DNA of 63,998 nt, counting the filler, from Asterionella formosa (lineage: Eukaryota): the NCBI GenBank assembly GCA_002256025.1. It is 7 parts of 7 records of this genome, joined end to end, with 100 filler letters (N's around TTAATTAATTAA, not from the genome) between each part and the next. Parts side by side here need not be neighbours in the genome. Positions count along the whole stretch, not along the records: positions 18,387 to 27,468 come from NKIB01011174.1; positions 27,569 to 36,641 come from NKIB01011192.1; 5 more parts are not named here. One strand, written 5' to 3'. The position numbers were made by a program, and so were the translations under genes. Shown piece after piece: positions 22,279-35,900 of this stretch (position 1 is its first letter; every line of letters begins with the position of its first letter). Below the pieces are notes generated by a model. The model searched no databases and was not told where the DNA came from. It worked only from the letters and a program-made list of their open reading frames with translations.

Positions 22279-23217
22279 ATGGAGCGATTGCAACAGCTGA
22301 TGCGCGGCATGCCAGGAGGTGGCCTCGGAGGAGCAGGAGGAAGTGGCGACTCGCCGTCACCGGATTGTGCGGAGAAGGTCCACGTCTCCTCGTTGGCACT
22401 CTTGAAAATGCTCAAACATGGACGCGCTGGTGTGCCTATGGAAGTCATGGGTCTCATGCTGGGTCAGTTTGTGGATGATTACACGATCAACTGCGTAGAT
22501 GTCTTTGCCATGCCACAATCAGGAACTTCTGTAAGTGTGGAAGCAGTCGACCCTGTCTTTCAGACCAAAATGTTAGACATGCTTAAGCAGACAGGGCGAC
22601 CGGAAATGGTTGTTGGATGGTATCATTCTCATCCTGGATTTGGGTGCTGGCTCAGTAGCACGGATATAAATACGCAGTCATCATTTGAAGCTCTCAACAC
22701 AAGGGCTGTAGCTTTGGTGGTGGACCCGATTCAGTCTGTCAAGGGAAAGGTTGTGATTGACTGCTTTAGATTGATCAATCCTCAGCTGATGATGTTGGGA
22801 CAGGAACCTCGTCAGACTACCTCCAACATTGGACATCTTCAGAAGCCTTCCATTCAAGCGCTAATTCATGGCCTCAACAGGCACTACTACTCTATTGTCA
22901 TTGACTACCGGAAGAACGAGCTGGAAGAGCAAATGTTGATGAACCTGCACAAGAAAAATTGGACAACTGGCTTGTCAGTTGGACGATTCGAAGATCATCA
23001 AACAGAGACAGAAAAGATTGTAGACAAAATGTTGAAATTGACCAAGGACTACAATGAAAGAGTTCAGCAAGAAGAAGGCAAATCTACGGAAGAGATCTTG
23101 GTAGAAAATGTTGGAAAGATTGACCCCAAAAAGCATCTTGAGAGTCATGTTTCCGATTTGATGAGCTCGAACATTATCCAGTGCCTCGGAACTATGCTAG
23201 ACACAGTCGTCTTTTAG
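22279..23217 (+). CDS. RPN11: 26S proteasome lid deubiquitinase RPN11 (PSMD14)
   Basis: [26 protein letters not shown] and the JAMM motif [15 protein letters not shown]. Confidence 0.98.
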   Translation: MERLQQLMRGMPGGGLGGAGGSGDSPSPDCAEKVHVSSLALLKMLKHGRAGVPMEVMGLMLGQFVDDYTINCVDVFAMPQSGTSVSVEAVDPVFQTKMLDMLKQTGRPEMVVGWYHSHPGFGCWLSSTDINTQSSFEALNTRAVALVVDPIQSVKGKVVIDCFRLINPQLMMLGQEPRQTTSNIGHLQKPSIQALIHGLNRHYYSIVIDYRKNELEEQMLMNLHKKNWTTGLSVGRFEDHQTETEKIVDKMLKLTKDYNERVQQEEGKSTEEILVENVGKIDPKKHLESHVSDLMSSNIIQCLGTMLDTVVF

Positions 23218-23521
23218 ACGGAAGTCGGGGTATCGAGCCTAAAGCTATGAAAAGTAACACTCGACGTCATCTAGCGCATCGACCAAGCATGCGTTAGCAG
23301 TGTAGATGTATTTAGCATGCATTCGCTTCATTTGCTCTATCGTAAGGAAACAAAGCGTACATTTGTTCGATTCTGATCGGATATTTTGTGGTTGTCGATG
23401 TAGTCACAGACAGCCGGGGATATTGCCTCCGATGGTAAGATTCAGGAGTTTCTATCAATTTAGTTAGACCCTATGGTAGGCGAGCTTCGTTTCATTAAGG
23501 ATTTCTTCACAGTCGATTACA

Positions 23522-25045
23522 CTAATTTTTCTTCCCTCCCTGGACGTCGTACATGTACTCTGCATACTCATATAACCGTAGATCCAGTCGATTCTGGGCA
23601 AGCATAAAATTGTAAGCTGCGGTCCCTTCAGCGGGAGATGGCAATGCTTCACTACTTAGAGCCAAAAGATCAGTTTGGCAAGTCGCCACACCATCAACAA
23701 GTAATGATGACCATCCAAAGTACCCATGAAACCGAGCCATGCTTTCCTCAATTCGTCCCACCAAACCGACAACAACCTTTCGTCGTATGATTTCCATAGC
23801 AACATATAGGTCAACGTCCGTCAACAATGCATCAGTCCCCTTGCCAGTAAGACCCCTCACCATTTCGTTGTTTGGCAAATAGTTGGCTGCATAGTCTGAA
23901 AGAGACATATCGGCAACAACGGGATTAGAAATTTTGGCGCTGTTGTATTGACTCATTGCGCGTTGGAGAGGATGACGCAAGATAGTAAAGATTCGTCCTC
24001 TATTGGAAGGATTAAAAATCGTGGCTGTTTCGGGAATGAGATTTGTAAAGAAAACCTCCGCCATCCCCGATTTGACCAAATCTAGTTCCTTTGCTCGTTG
24101 GATGCCTTCCACAGTGGTAGAGTCGATATTGAGAAAACGAATACCTGTGTTAGTTTGCATGATGCGAAGCGACTAGAATAGAAAGCATAATAAGATTAGA
24201 GAAATGTAAAGTAAGCAAGTCTTTAAACCTTCACATCAGCGATTGTGTCGTACCTTGTCGTCGTTGCCAACGCCATCCCCGGTGACTTCAACAAGTCCTA
24301 AGCATAGACCCAGAATACGCTCAACAACCTGACCGCCAGCTTTGGGGATTTGCCAGAAAACTGGCAAATCTGTTCGTTTACCTGCTGGGAATGGAATTCG
24401 CCAGTCTGCCATATTCTCCATTTCCGCAGACAAGATGATGTTCATACTCTCCAAATCTGGAAGTGGAAAGGTTCCATTGTAAGTCGGATAGTTCCCCGAC
24501 GAAACAGGAATGCCAGCTGATGTCGGAGCTCCTTTGACTAACGTTGTTCCAGGAGTTAGTCCAATCGTATGCTTGGCAATACTCTGTCCTGACTTTCCCC
24601 CTCCAACAAAGATAGCCAACAAGAGAGACGCCACAAGGCACAGCAGTGCAATGAGAGCACGAAGTTTGGTACCTGATTTTGCTTTTGCATTTGCCGTCAA
24701 ATTTGCTCTGCTCATGGGAGTGTCGGGGCTAAAACTGACTCTCGACTGACTTGCCACTGAATCAGTACTTCTTATCTGCCTTCTAGAACTTCGAAGGGAT
24801 GACTGCAAGTCGTGGTTGGAAAAGGGGGCTGGCTCGTCCTGCCAAGTGTCGTCCAACTGCCTGCTACTTCCTCCTGCTATCACCGGGACGGGCGCAAGGT
24901 CCTCGTCGTCTTGTAGAGTATCATCGCCACCTCCAATCAACTCTGCGTGCTGCCGAATAGAACTTTTGAGCGCGTTTGCGTCTTCAATTTGCCAATCGTC
25001 AAGAGAACCATAGGCGTTTTCTTCGTCGTCCTTAACCTTTGTCAT
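23522..25045 (-). CDS. Type II membrane sulfotransferase-like protein. Exons 25045-24254 and 24172-23522.
   Basis: TM helix, 5'-PSB-like PVFWQIPKAGG and 3'-PB-like FTILRHPLQRAMSQY. An in-frame GT..AG intron lies at 24173-24253. Confidence 0.75.
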
Positions 25046-26061
25046 GTTGAAAATCAATAAGTCAATTGTTCCAATTGAACGGAACCTGGTATTTTCTTTG
25101 ATATGGGAGGAGGGTGGGTAATGTATGGATTGAGGTCGACTTTACATAGTTAAGAATAAATAACAATGTAGAGTCATCATCGTCAAGATATTGTTCCTCT
25201 GCTCCAATGAACACGTTTTGTTTCATCTTACCGGTAGTCTACCGGTATATACACACGTAAATTCTCTATCAGTCATTTGCTCCACCGCTATGGGTAGTAT
25301 ACTGGTAGTAGCAGCGTACCGGTATCACATCTTAAAATTTTACGCACAAAATAAATCAGTCAGTGAGTGTCGTGGCATTTTTGCACAAGACAAATCAAGA
25401 TGCTTGCTGTACATATGCCTGTATAGCGTTCACCACTATGACTCCTGAAACAAACGAAGACGAAGCAACCTGACGACGAATACTGTATATACCAGCGGTT
25501 ACTGATTTCATTTGTACCAGCACCAGGTACTCCTATGTACTACTGTATGTACCACACATACGACACTAGCATGAACCTGAGGTTGTTGGGTTGTTGGCCA
25601 ACTGACGATGGTCCGAAAGCCTGTTGGTACCTGGAACCTGGTACCAGGCAGTATGCCTGGCACCTGGTATCTTGTAACAGTACCAGGGAGTACCTCCTAA
25701 TCGGTAGACTGGTATTATCAATGGGGTCTTTCATTTCCCACATGTAGAACCCTTGATGTTTTCAACTGGCATATGTAATGGTGGTCGCTCATCGGGCAGC
25801 CAAATGACCATTTGAATCATTTTACAAAGGCTATCTTGTTCCCTCCTACATTTCGACCCTCCTCCTGGGTGGTACCAGGTAGTGAGAAAAATGCCAGTAT
25901 TAGCTATGAATGTCTGGTTGCATGTTCAAACACATAGCGGTACATACCCGTATATCATATGCCAGACATGTACCGGTAGTTGCTAGCCGGAGGTGATTTT
26001 GTTCATGAACCGGTATTCGACTCGGCCGTTTACCGAAACCGGATAGTGCGATTCACCGACC

Positions 26062-27097
26062 ATGACGAAAAAGCGACCCAGCTCATTTGTTCTCGGCAGC
26101 TTGCTGCTTCTGTCTACTCTCTCTTGCTCACATTCTCGTCTAGTAGGGCATTATCAAAGTAGAAAACTGGACCAGTATCTCGACTTTGAAGACGAAGCAA
26201 CAGAAGGAGGAGAAGGAGAATGGGGCGATTACGAAGGTGACCCGTTAGATCCCAAGCCGAATGAATTTGAATATGACGATGATTCGACATCAAATGGGAA
26301 AGGAAGCAGTGGCACTTCGAGTGGCGGACATAGTTGGGGGAAAACAGACGACGAATCAAGTGGCTCGGCCAGTGACGGTGGAGATTCCGAGTCTAGGGGA
26401 TCGACTGGTGCCTCAAATAGCGGTTTTCCTGGCGGTTCAAAAGGATCTAGTTCCGGTCAATCTGGGGGTTCAAAAGCATCTAATAGCTACTCCGGTCAAT
26501 CTGGGGGTTCAAGAGAGTACAGCACCAATCAATCAAAAGGTTCTACAAGTCATTCAAACAAGGAACCGTCTGGAAATGGTGGTTATGGTGGCTCCGGTGG
26601 TGGAAGCAATGGAAGGGGAAGTAGCAGTTCCTCACATGCTACTGGTGGAGTCTACTTTCAAAATTTCACAGAAAAGTTGAACGTGAAAGTACCCCTTATT
26701 CCAGTTCTTTTTGTATTTCTTCTATTCTTCTTTCTTGGGATGCTCTTTACTGCCTGTCAATTTCAAAATAACCCCGAAGGAGTATTTGTGAACTGTTGCC
26801 GACTTTCTATGCACATTACTGCCTGCGTTGGCAAGGTGTAAGTTAGGAGAGAACGTACCTTTGCCATCCTTGCCTCATAATTGCTCACACGTTTTCAGTG
26901 CTTTCAATCTCTACCATTGTCGACTTGGAGAAATTCCTCCAATAGTATTTGCCATGGATGATGCTGACGATTTGACGGACGATGAATTGGAACGAATGAA
27001 GCTGCGACCTAACCTCGAACGAGCACTGGGAAAGGAACACTCCAGGGTGCTTCAGCGGACTGAGATGGAAATGCCAAAGATTAAAACTAGGGTATAG
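26062..27097 (+). CDS. Hypothetical single-pass membrane protein with Gly/Ser-rich ectodomain. Exons 26062-26837 and 26899-27097.
   Basis: Signal peptide, G/S-rich tract and TM LIPVLFVFLLFFFLGMLF. A GTAAGT..CAG phase-2 intron at 26838-26898 joins the two ORFs. Confidence 0.7.
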
Positions 27098-29199
27098 TCT
27101 ATGGATTCTTCTCGTGGAGATGTTTCATAATTTATTTTCCAGGGCATGCAGCTTTGGAAAACTACATGATGGCGTCATTGTGGTAAGTATAAAGGTCCAT
27201 GGCGACCAGAAATCTAGGAAACAGTGCATGTCCAAGTGGAAGGAATATTTGACAATCAAAACTTGATCTTCTGACAAGGAGTGTCACTTGTTCATAATAT
27301 ATATGAATAATGCTATTACCACCCTCAAACCAATGGAGACTACATATTGTACCTGGTACAAGCAAGTTGCTGTCATTTTGCTGAAACCAACAATGTGGTG
27401 CTGGACAGGCACTTATGTTCATCATACTATTATCTACATTAGTTGACAGATAAGACTAAAGTATTATGNNNNNNNNNNNNNNNNNNNNNNNNNNNNNNNN
27501 NNNNNNNNNNNNTTAATTAATTAANNNNNNNNNNNNNNNNNNNNNNNNNNNNNNNNNNNNNNNNNNNNAATGTGGCCGTAATGGCGGTGCACAGACGCTT
27601 GTTCCTCTTTTCTTCTGTATCAATACCAGCACCAACAATATTAGTAAAAATACAGGGATCATTTGAAACGCCCCAATAACGGAGAAGTTTATCAACATAA
27701 TTGGACTCATTTCGACAACCATTGCTGCTGTACGACATTGGAATCAGCTATTGATTGGATAATGGTTCTGGTACCCTCGTAAATATTTTACACTTCTTCG
27801 GAGTGGCGAGAACATATGTGTGGGACAAGCTACACAACGTATTTATAAGCTACATAAATATATCGGTCACTCTGTGGAAACTATGTATGAGGCAATGGGG
27901 TTAGGCTGTCCTATGTAAAGCCTCTGATGTTGCCGATAAAGAGATTTCTTAAAACAATGGGATAGTACATTGTTATTTAGCAAAGTTACAATTGTTATTT
28001 TGAACCTCCTGCTATTCAAGGTTCATGTGGTGCTACTACTATTTCCTGAATGAAATGAAGCTACTTCCTGATTAGTGATGTTGCGGCTCTAATGTTAAAG
28101 CATACAAATGTGCTTGCCAATAGCTAGTCAATGAGAATGAAAGACCCATGATAAATGCCATGAGCAAGAAACTGCGCCGCCATCTGGTCCATCTTCACTT
28201 TGATCCACATCTCATCTCGAAGAACAGATTCGAAATACGGATCGATGTTTGCAAAGGGCGAATTATGATCAAAAGGTAGCTACTATCTTCTTGATTTCGG
28301 TTGGAATTGGAATCGGGTATGGCCTTCAATGCATCGCTCGTTCTCCAATTCTGTCGTATAAATTTACCAAAGCTTTTGATTTCGAGTTACAAACAAACAA
28401 TCAAAATTCGCCAGCATAATTCCCCATCAATATCGAGACCATATCATTCGTTATAAGACTGAGATCATTGTCGTCCCTGCAAGAAGGTAGCTTGTAACAG
28501 ATTCAACGAACGCACATGGCATGTAGGAAATTCGATTACTGATATGCGAATGGAGAGATAATGACGAATACTACCGGTACAAGAATTGGATCAAAGCATG
28601 TACCGGTAGAGCATTCAAATCGGAATGGCAACAAGGAACGCACCCTTGTTGCACAGAATTCATTCTGATAGCATCATCAGGTACAAGGTTTACATACACG
28701 TCAGGTGATCTGTGTAAAGTCATAACCTTGCTTCGCTAAAACAATAATTGATCAAAGAGCAACAGCTATTGATCAATCAAACAACGTATCAATACATCAA
28801 AGCATTTGGTTAGCAGATTAGTTTTGATAACTAATATATATGACTTCTATCTATGCATAACCTGACATGTGTAAGCAAATAATCTGACAAAGAAATTTGA
28901 ATGACCACACCAAAACGATCATTGATATATCAAAATTATCATCAACATAACACAACATTTGATCAATATATCAACAATTTGGATTAACCGATTAGATTTG
29001 GTAACTAATATATACGAGTTCTTATATACGCATAACCTAATGTGTGTATGCTAATAACCTGACGTACAAATTTGATTGATCATACAGACACTCCCATTGA
29101 TATATCAAAATTATCATCAACATGTCAAAATATTTGAATAATCAATAATTTTTTAAACGTATGCTGAGTAAAACATTAGATCTAATGGAAAATCTATTC

Positions 29200-29700
29200 A
29201 CAGATGTAAATATATCAAACATTGCGTGGCCATTTTCCATGTTGTACTGCACACAAACACACACAGCCTCAAACACAGCTCTATGTTTGGCCACTCCACG
29301 GCGGAATCTCTCATCAAGAATATCGAATTTCTTATTGCGCCCATTGAAGCTTTTCATGACAAGCATGAGCATTTTTCTTAAGTGTGTTAATGACAGGGCT
29401 ATCTAGGGCATTGCGAGTACTAATCTGCTTTTCACCCCCCCCTGTACCCTTCATCACCAATAACCATCCTTTTCCCAGCAGGAATCTTGCCCTTGAGTCC
29501 ATTGTCTTAACGAAAAATTGTAATATCATGATGAGCCAAAGGAAAGGGACCATTTACCCAAGCTAATTGATCATTGAAGATTGAAATCCCAAGCTAATAA
29601 GCCAATCCAGGTTTGTTCAACTATTTTGAGTACCATGAAGCACTTAGCTCCGTTCGAGGTTCATATATATGACTGTCAACTGTAACAATGAAGATTTCTT
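29200..29700 (-). pseudogene. Decayed DDE_Tnp_4 (PIF/ISL2EU-like) transposase fragment
   Basis: Broken frame VTVD...WYSK*LNKPGLAY*LGISI..LAWVNGPFP..HDITIFR*..IGDEGYRG...HE/SFNGR..FDIL.ERFR..KHRAVFEAVCVCVQYNMENG. Confidence 0.75.
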
Positions 29701-30107
29701 CCTTCTCATCGAAATTCCAAAAAATCTAGAAATGCAGAATAGGCAGGAACATCAAAAGTGTAATTTGTACCAAATCAAGTCTGCCATCAATCAATATGTT
29801 GTTACAGTTTCAATGTGTATGGCCGATGTCAACTTACCTTTGTCTCCTATTCCAATTAAATATTCCCTGATACCTGTGGCTATATATTTCATACATAGTA
29901 TAAGTGTCATCTAAAACCATGCTGCATCTAAGGTCTTGTGTTAAGGAAAATGTAAAATATAATTTGTTTTACAGTACTTATGCTGTCATGAGTTGCTTGC
30001 CACGTTTCATTCTAGTTAGCGGCTATGTCCACATTGCCACCACTGCTAGCGATGACAGGATACATACTTCTCATTATCACTTTCAATTGTTGCAGGTTTT
30101 AGCTTTC

Positions 30108-31628
30108 CTACACCACGTATCCTGTAGAGTTGTTGTTTCGCTTACGGAGTGAGCGTCGCCCTTCACAAAAAATGGCATCACTGCCACACCAACCAAATTG
30201 ACTGCAGCACAAGGTGGAGTCAGGGCAGTTACCGTCACCCCTTGCACCATTTCCACATGTGCCAGCAGTGGGTGTAGGATCACTAGGAGGTGCTGAACCA
30301 CAGTAGGCTTCACCAATACCACACCAGCCAGCTTCACTGCAGCACAAAGAGGGGTCAGGGCAATTTCCGTCACCCCTTGCACCATTTCCACATGTGCCAG
30401 CAGTGGGTGTAGGATCACTAGGAGGTGCTGAACCACAGTAGGCTTCACCAGTACCACACCAGCCAGCTTCACTGCAGCACAAAGTGGGGTCAGGGCAGTT
30501 TCCATCACCCCTCTGGGCATTGCCACATGTACCAGCAGTTGGGGGTGTAGGGTCACTCGGAGGAGTAGGTATATTGGGTCCCTGATTTGTGCAAGTGGCG
30601 GAAGTTACTGCACTGACCGGAGTTGACCATTCAGTATTAGTGTCATATTCACTCGACCAAAAAAATGCTCCTCCATTGCATGAATAGGCTTCCTTCAATT
30701 TATTCATTATATCCGCTGCTTGGTCTCCATTAGAATTAAAGTTTGGACACCCATTAATGCAAAACCCAAACACTACCTTGGTCGGATCACCTCCAAAGAA
30801 GTTATCCACAAGGCCTTTATAGTGTGCAATAGTCGATTGCGGGAAATCTGTGCTTGTTCCACTAAGTCCATTTGCGATAGGATTTGCGAAACCCATGTAA
30901 TACTGGACATTGAGGAAACTGAGTGAGGATGAAACACTTTTGAGAGCTTCATAGTAGCTTTTGCCTGGTATCAGGTCTCCATCTCGGGGCGTATGAGAAA
31001 CAATACTTCCATCGGGAAGACTAGCACGAAGGCCAGTTGTGATCTTCTTGAGAAAGTCCTGTTGTGCCGTTGTTTCCGTATAGTATTCATAATCGATATC
31101 AACACCATCAAATCCTTGATCTCTAACGATATTATTGAGTTGGCTGACAACCGAATCTTCTTTGCCAAAGCAATCATCCCAACATTTATTTCTTTGCGGG
31201 TCTTCCCAGGTACCTCCCATGCCCGCTCCACCAAATGATACTACCACCTTTTTACCTGCTGCCTTCCACGCTGCCACAAGCTCGGGTTGAGCTTTATTAT
31301 CACAGACAACAATAGGGGTAATCGTGCAAGTGCGGTCGCAAATGTTTGCATCTTCATTGTAAACATATGTCGCAGCAAAAGACAGCATGATATGCGTATA
31401 TTGAGCTGTTTGCTCTGCTGTTGGACAGGGTTTCCAGCCAGGCACATAAGCAATTAGGCGACTATCGGTCTCTTGCATTTGAAGCACACGGGAATCATTC
31501 TCCCAGGCATCCTTGTCAGAAATCGGAAGGACGCTGCTACGAAGATTTGTTTTTATCATGGTTTCTTTCACTTCATGTCCCTTGGTTGGAACTGATAACA
31601 AGCAAGCCAAGAAGGCAACTGCTTTCAT
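30108..31628 (-). CDS. Secreted GH18 chitinase with three C-terminal hevein-type (CBM18) chitin-binding repeats
   Basis: Signal MKAVAFLACLL (an upstream start is possible), VVVSFGG and the catalytic FDGVDIDYE. There are 45-aa repeats CGN..RGDGNCPD..LCCS..GWCG..C with a 135-bp period. Confidence 0.9.
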   Translation of the reverse strand: MKAVAFLACLLSVPTKGHEVKETMIKTNLRSSVLPISDKDAWENDSRVLQMQETDSRLIAYVPGWKPCPTAEQTAQYTHIMLSFAATYVYNEDANICDRTCTITPIVVCDNKAQPELVAAWKAAGKKVVVSFGGAGMGGTWEDPQRNKCWDDCFGKEDSVVSQLNNIVRDQGFDGVDIDYEYYTETTAQQDFLKKITTGLRASLPDGSIVSHTPRDGDLIPGKSYYEALKSVSSSLSFLNVQYYMGFANPIANGLSGTSTDFPQSTIAHYKGLVDNFFGGDPTKVVFGFCINGCPNFNSNGDQAADIMNKLKEAYSCNGGAFFWSSEYDTNTEWSTPVSAVTSATCTNQGPNIPTPPSDPTPPTAGTCGNAQRGDGNCPDPTLCCSEAGWCGTGEAYCGSAPPSDPTPTAGTCGNGARGDGNCPDPSLCCSEAGWCGIGEAYCGSAPPSDPTPTAGTCGNGARGDGNCPDSTLCCSQFGWCGSDAIFCEGRRSLRKRNNNSTGYVV

Positions 31629-32966
31629 ATTGTTATGTCCAACAAACATTATTATCTGTATGGGTTTTTCAATGGAGGTTAGGTGGTTTTGTGAGAGGCT
31701 TAGCTTTTTCAATGAAGAATCTTTGGTTTTGTGAGATTATATGGCTAATGGTTATTAAATTCTACGAAGTACAGGATTGATGATGGCCCCATTGAAGGGA
31801 TGATGTATGACTTAATAATCATGACCTGTATGAACCATATCATGAGTGAAATAGTTTGATCTGAACAATGATTACATGTGCGACTTGACTACCTGGTTTT
31901 GCCGGTACCTGGTATGGTACCATGTAGTAATATTGAGTACGGTACCTGGTATCGCTACATGCATAATATATGGTAAGGTATGATGTCGAGAACTACTGTA
32001 TGAATTATTTGTGAGTCATTGGTCTGTTTCTATTTATAATACGGATGTTTCAATCATGTGGTAACATCGTAATATTTGACATCAGCCATTGTACGACTCG
32101 ATCATGACTCGCGGAAGGATGATACGAATGCATGATGGTGGGGGATGATGAGTTGCATTTCAGTTTTAACGGACAGTTTGACATTTACGTAGGTCAGATA
32201 TGACCAGGGTACATACAATATCTTATATTCCGCACACGAGTGAACCACAGGACGGAATCCAGAATCCGTTCATATGCCATACTTGATGTCGAAATTAACA
32301 GAACGACATCATTATTTCTATCATATATACATATTTAAAAATAAAATTTTGTTCAAGGAGCATGGTGATATGGTACCACCTAAAAACTGAGAGTCATACA
32401 AACTTTCAGTTGTGTACTGATAGTCGTAACAAAATGGGATAATCACACGGTTTGAGACAAATATTTGTAATAGTATAAATCTGTATTAGACAAAGTTCTT
32501 CCTGTGCATGTAAGGAACAGCATTGTTCGTACTTGAACACTGCAATCTCGTACCAGTTCTTTAGTTAAAGTAGCCCAAAATTGGCTGTCGACGGTTTTTG
32601 GTCCAAATCAGTTTTACCCCATTGAGCCTGCATGACTTTTTCAACACATAGGAGAAGCTGAAGCTATATAAATAATTAGCTTGTTTCAAGACTTTTCGTC
32701 CGCATCATTACTATGGCATGTTTGCGCCATTGCAATTAAAGTTGTGCGCCATAAAAACTCGTTTATTTAGAGTTGTTTAAGCGCTGGTGCGCCAATAAAT
32801 AAACCTTATAACCTAGTGGTACCTGGTACTGGCATGATAGACTACTAGTAAACCAGCACTGCGGCTGGTATGCATGACATAAAAACAAGCCTACAAATCC
32901 AACTTGTAAGTTTCACAAGCAATATACAATTATTTGCGGAGTCATCGTTGAGACACTATAGTCATC

Positions 32967-35900
32967 ATGTTGGCAGACCAAGGAATGCTAACTCCTCGCT
33001 CATGAAACGGAAATTGAGCAGCCAAACCTCAACAATGAGTTAGAAGCTATCAAGGCTAACAACGGAGGTAAAATGCCATATGGCACTATTTCTAAAGTGG
33101 TGGAGGCTGGGAAATGATTGCTCCCATGGCTATCAATTAATCATGTCAAGTACCAGATGAAGAAGAACAAGAAATTATTAATGAGATTTACTCTAGTACT
33201 ACTACATCGACCAGCATGTTCTCAGCTGCTAGGGGTAATGCCGCCTCGTCCTCTCTGACTTTTGCTTCCCTTTCCACAATGTCGACCAGTGACTTTAATG
33301 CTCCTAGGAATCTTGCCCCCGCCATCACCACCAATTATGTTGCCTCACCAGTAGCACCAGCAACCACCCCAGCAATTGATTTATTTTATTTGTTTCAAAC
33401 ACAGCAGAACAAAGAGGAGGGTGTTGGTGAGATATCATTTGATAGCCAGCTAAATGAGCTGACAAACGCAGAGCAGAATGACACTCACAATATTAAACAT
33501 ACATGTGAGAATTTTGGTGAGGGCGAGATGAGAACAACAGATGCAGAAGGCAGTGTTAGTCAACAAACAACCAGCACAATAACCGGAGGAAGACCAACGG
33601 GTGCCACTGCAGCTGCTGTATGAGATGTTGGGCAATGACATGAAATTGCCATGAGGAAAATATGCGATTTGTATGCTGTTGCTCAAGAAAATTTCAAAGA
33701 TGCCAATAGGCGAGTAAAAAATGGAACACTTGCGATGATCATAACAGAAGCAAAGGCAAGGAATGGGCTGCCAGAAGAAACTTTCATGAATAGAAGCACA
33801 ATTGTCAACAGAGTCTCACAAAAAATGGGGCACCAACATGGAAGGGTAAACCAATGCTTGCAATAGAGCCGTACATGGTGGAATTGATTCATCAACTTGC
33901 CTGAATGCGAAATCCTGTATCTGTCAGTGATGGTCTTCGACTTGCCAACTCCTTAATATCTGGAACTAAAATAGTAGACAGGGTCAATTCATGGAGACAA
34001 ACTCATTCTTCTGAATACCGATCAAATAAAAATCCGAAACTTGGAATGGGTTACTGGAGAGGGTTCATGAAAAGGAACAAAGAGTTAGTGAACCGCTAAA
34101 CAAGGTGTCAAATTTGAAAGCAAGAGAGCCGATTGGTGCACTTACAATAATTTTGAAGCAATGTATGAGCAAGTGTACAAGGAGATGGTTGCGGGAGGGA
34201 TTGCTGTTGATTTCCCAAAAAAGGAATGCTTGAATAAAGAAGGAGTTGTGGTACTTAAGGAAAAGGATGCATTGGGACTCCAGATAATTTGATTTGTCCT
34301 GACCGGCTGCTTTTTGTTGACGAGGAGGTGGGATCAAACACATCTCAAACTAAAGATGGCAACAATGTGGGGGGAGAGTTATTTCTCTGTTGAAAGGGTG
34401 AGCGACCACAGCAAAGATCGGCACATAAAGATGCACACTTTACCGTTATTGGGTTTACAGCTGCGAATGGGAATCCAATTATGAGTGCCATCATTTTTGC
34501 TGCTAAGACTCTCGAAGATGAATGGGTACTTGGTCTTGATCCATTTGCAGAGTGGGTGGGAAAAGATGAAAACGACTTGTTAGCGAACAGTGGAAAGAAC
34601 AAAAGGTACCGGCAAGGACCAGTGTGCACAGTTGATGGAGTCAACTTACCTACTTACTGTTGTGCCTCTGAAAATGGAAGTATCACAGCAGAGCTACTTG
34701 TTGGAATGCTTGCACACATGAACAAAACCGGATTTTTTACATGGGACACTGGCCCACCACCTTTCTTAATTCTTGATGGTCATGGAAGCCGTTTTGACTT
34801 GCTCTTTCTTTAATACATCAATAATCCTGAGCACAATTGGAATGTCTGCATTGGTGTTCCATATGGGACCTCCTACTGGCAAGTCGGTGACTCCACTGAA
34901 CAAAACGGTTGCTACAAGATGGCCATTACAAAAGCGAAGCAGGAACTACTCACCAAGAAAGCGGGCCATCGTCAGGAAATCTCACTCAATAAAGTTGACA
35001 TTGTCGGAATAGTAAGCACTGCATGGGATGAATCATTTGGTCAAGTTACCTCCAACAGGACTGCAATTGCCAACCGAGGATGGGGCCCACTCAACTATAA
35101 TGTTCTCAATCACTCTGAAATCCAACTTACAAAGACAACATTGCAAAATGGCACCCAAAACAACAACACTGCAAATGCTACTTCTCCCCAAGAATTAAAT
35201 CTGTCAGATGGATATGCTGGCACTCTAGTTGACGGTGTTGTTGAATACAGGAATCGTGAAGATGCTCGAAATGGAATTGACCTTGATGCCCAAGCCCATC
35301 AACACAAGGAAACTGCCCAAGCCCATCTCGACTCCCACAAGAAAAGAATCGCTGCTAGCCTATTGTTGGCATCTAATGGCATTCATGCTCTTGGACCAAA
35401 TATGCTTGCATCTGCAATGGTGATAAATAGAAAGGCAGAGGAACTGGTTACTGAGCGTGAAAACAAAAGGCAGCATGAATTTATGAAGCTACAGAACAAA
35501 TTTATGGCTCTACGGCCGCGCAGCCAACAAGCCTGAGCATATGCTGTCACTTCCTGAAATTAAGATCCTTGTGCTATGGTTTCGACGCAACGGAGATTTC
35601 CCGGCACCACAAACAAGACAAGCCCTCCTACTTACCCGCTTGGGAGAGACCTCACACCAAGGAGACCAGCACCAGGTGCCAGCAGAAGAGGTCACAACTG
35701 CTGTGGTTCTTGCTGCGAGTCCCATCCCCCCTACTATTCTCCCCCCTTGGCCTACAGTTGACAATTGTGCTGACACACAAGGGGGAAATTGACATTTCAG
35801 CCGCACTGCCTTGCATGCTTTGGGTGAGGAAGAATATGAAGGGTGGTTGAGAGGAGGAGTATGAAGGAAGCGATGAAACAAGGAGGCGGAAGCGGATCGA
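32967..35900 (+). mobile_element. Degenerate pogo/Tc1-mariner-like (DDE_1) transposon, many stops/frameshifts; ends not defined
   Basis: Fragments GYWRGFMKRN, FVDE.VGSNTSQTKDG, HFTVIGFTAANG, ENGSITAELL, FLILDGHGSRF, IGVPYGTSYWQVGDSTEQNG and AIANRGWGPLN. Confidence 0.8.

Noticed and set aside
27569..28560. Coding-like minus-strand sequence next to gap
   Set aside because: It has multiple stops and no recognisable motif, so it cannot be assigned.
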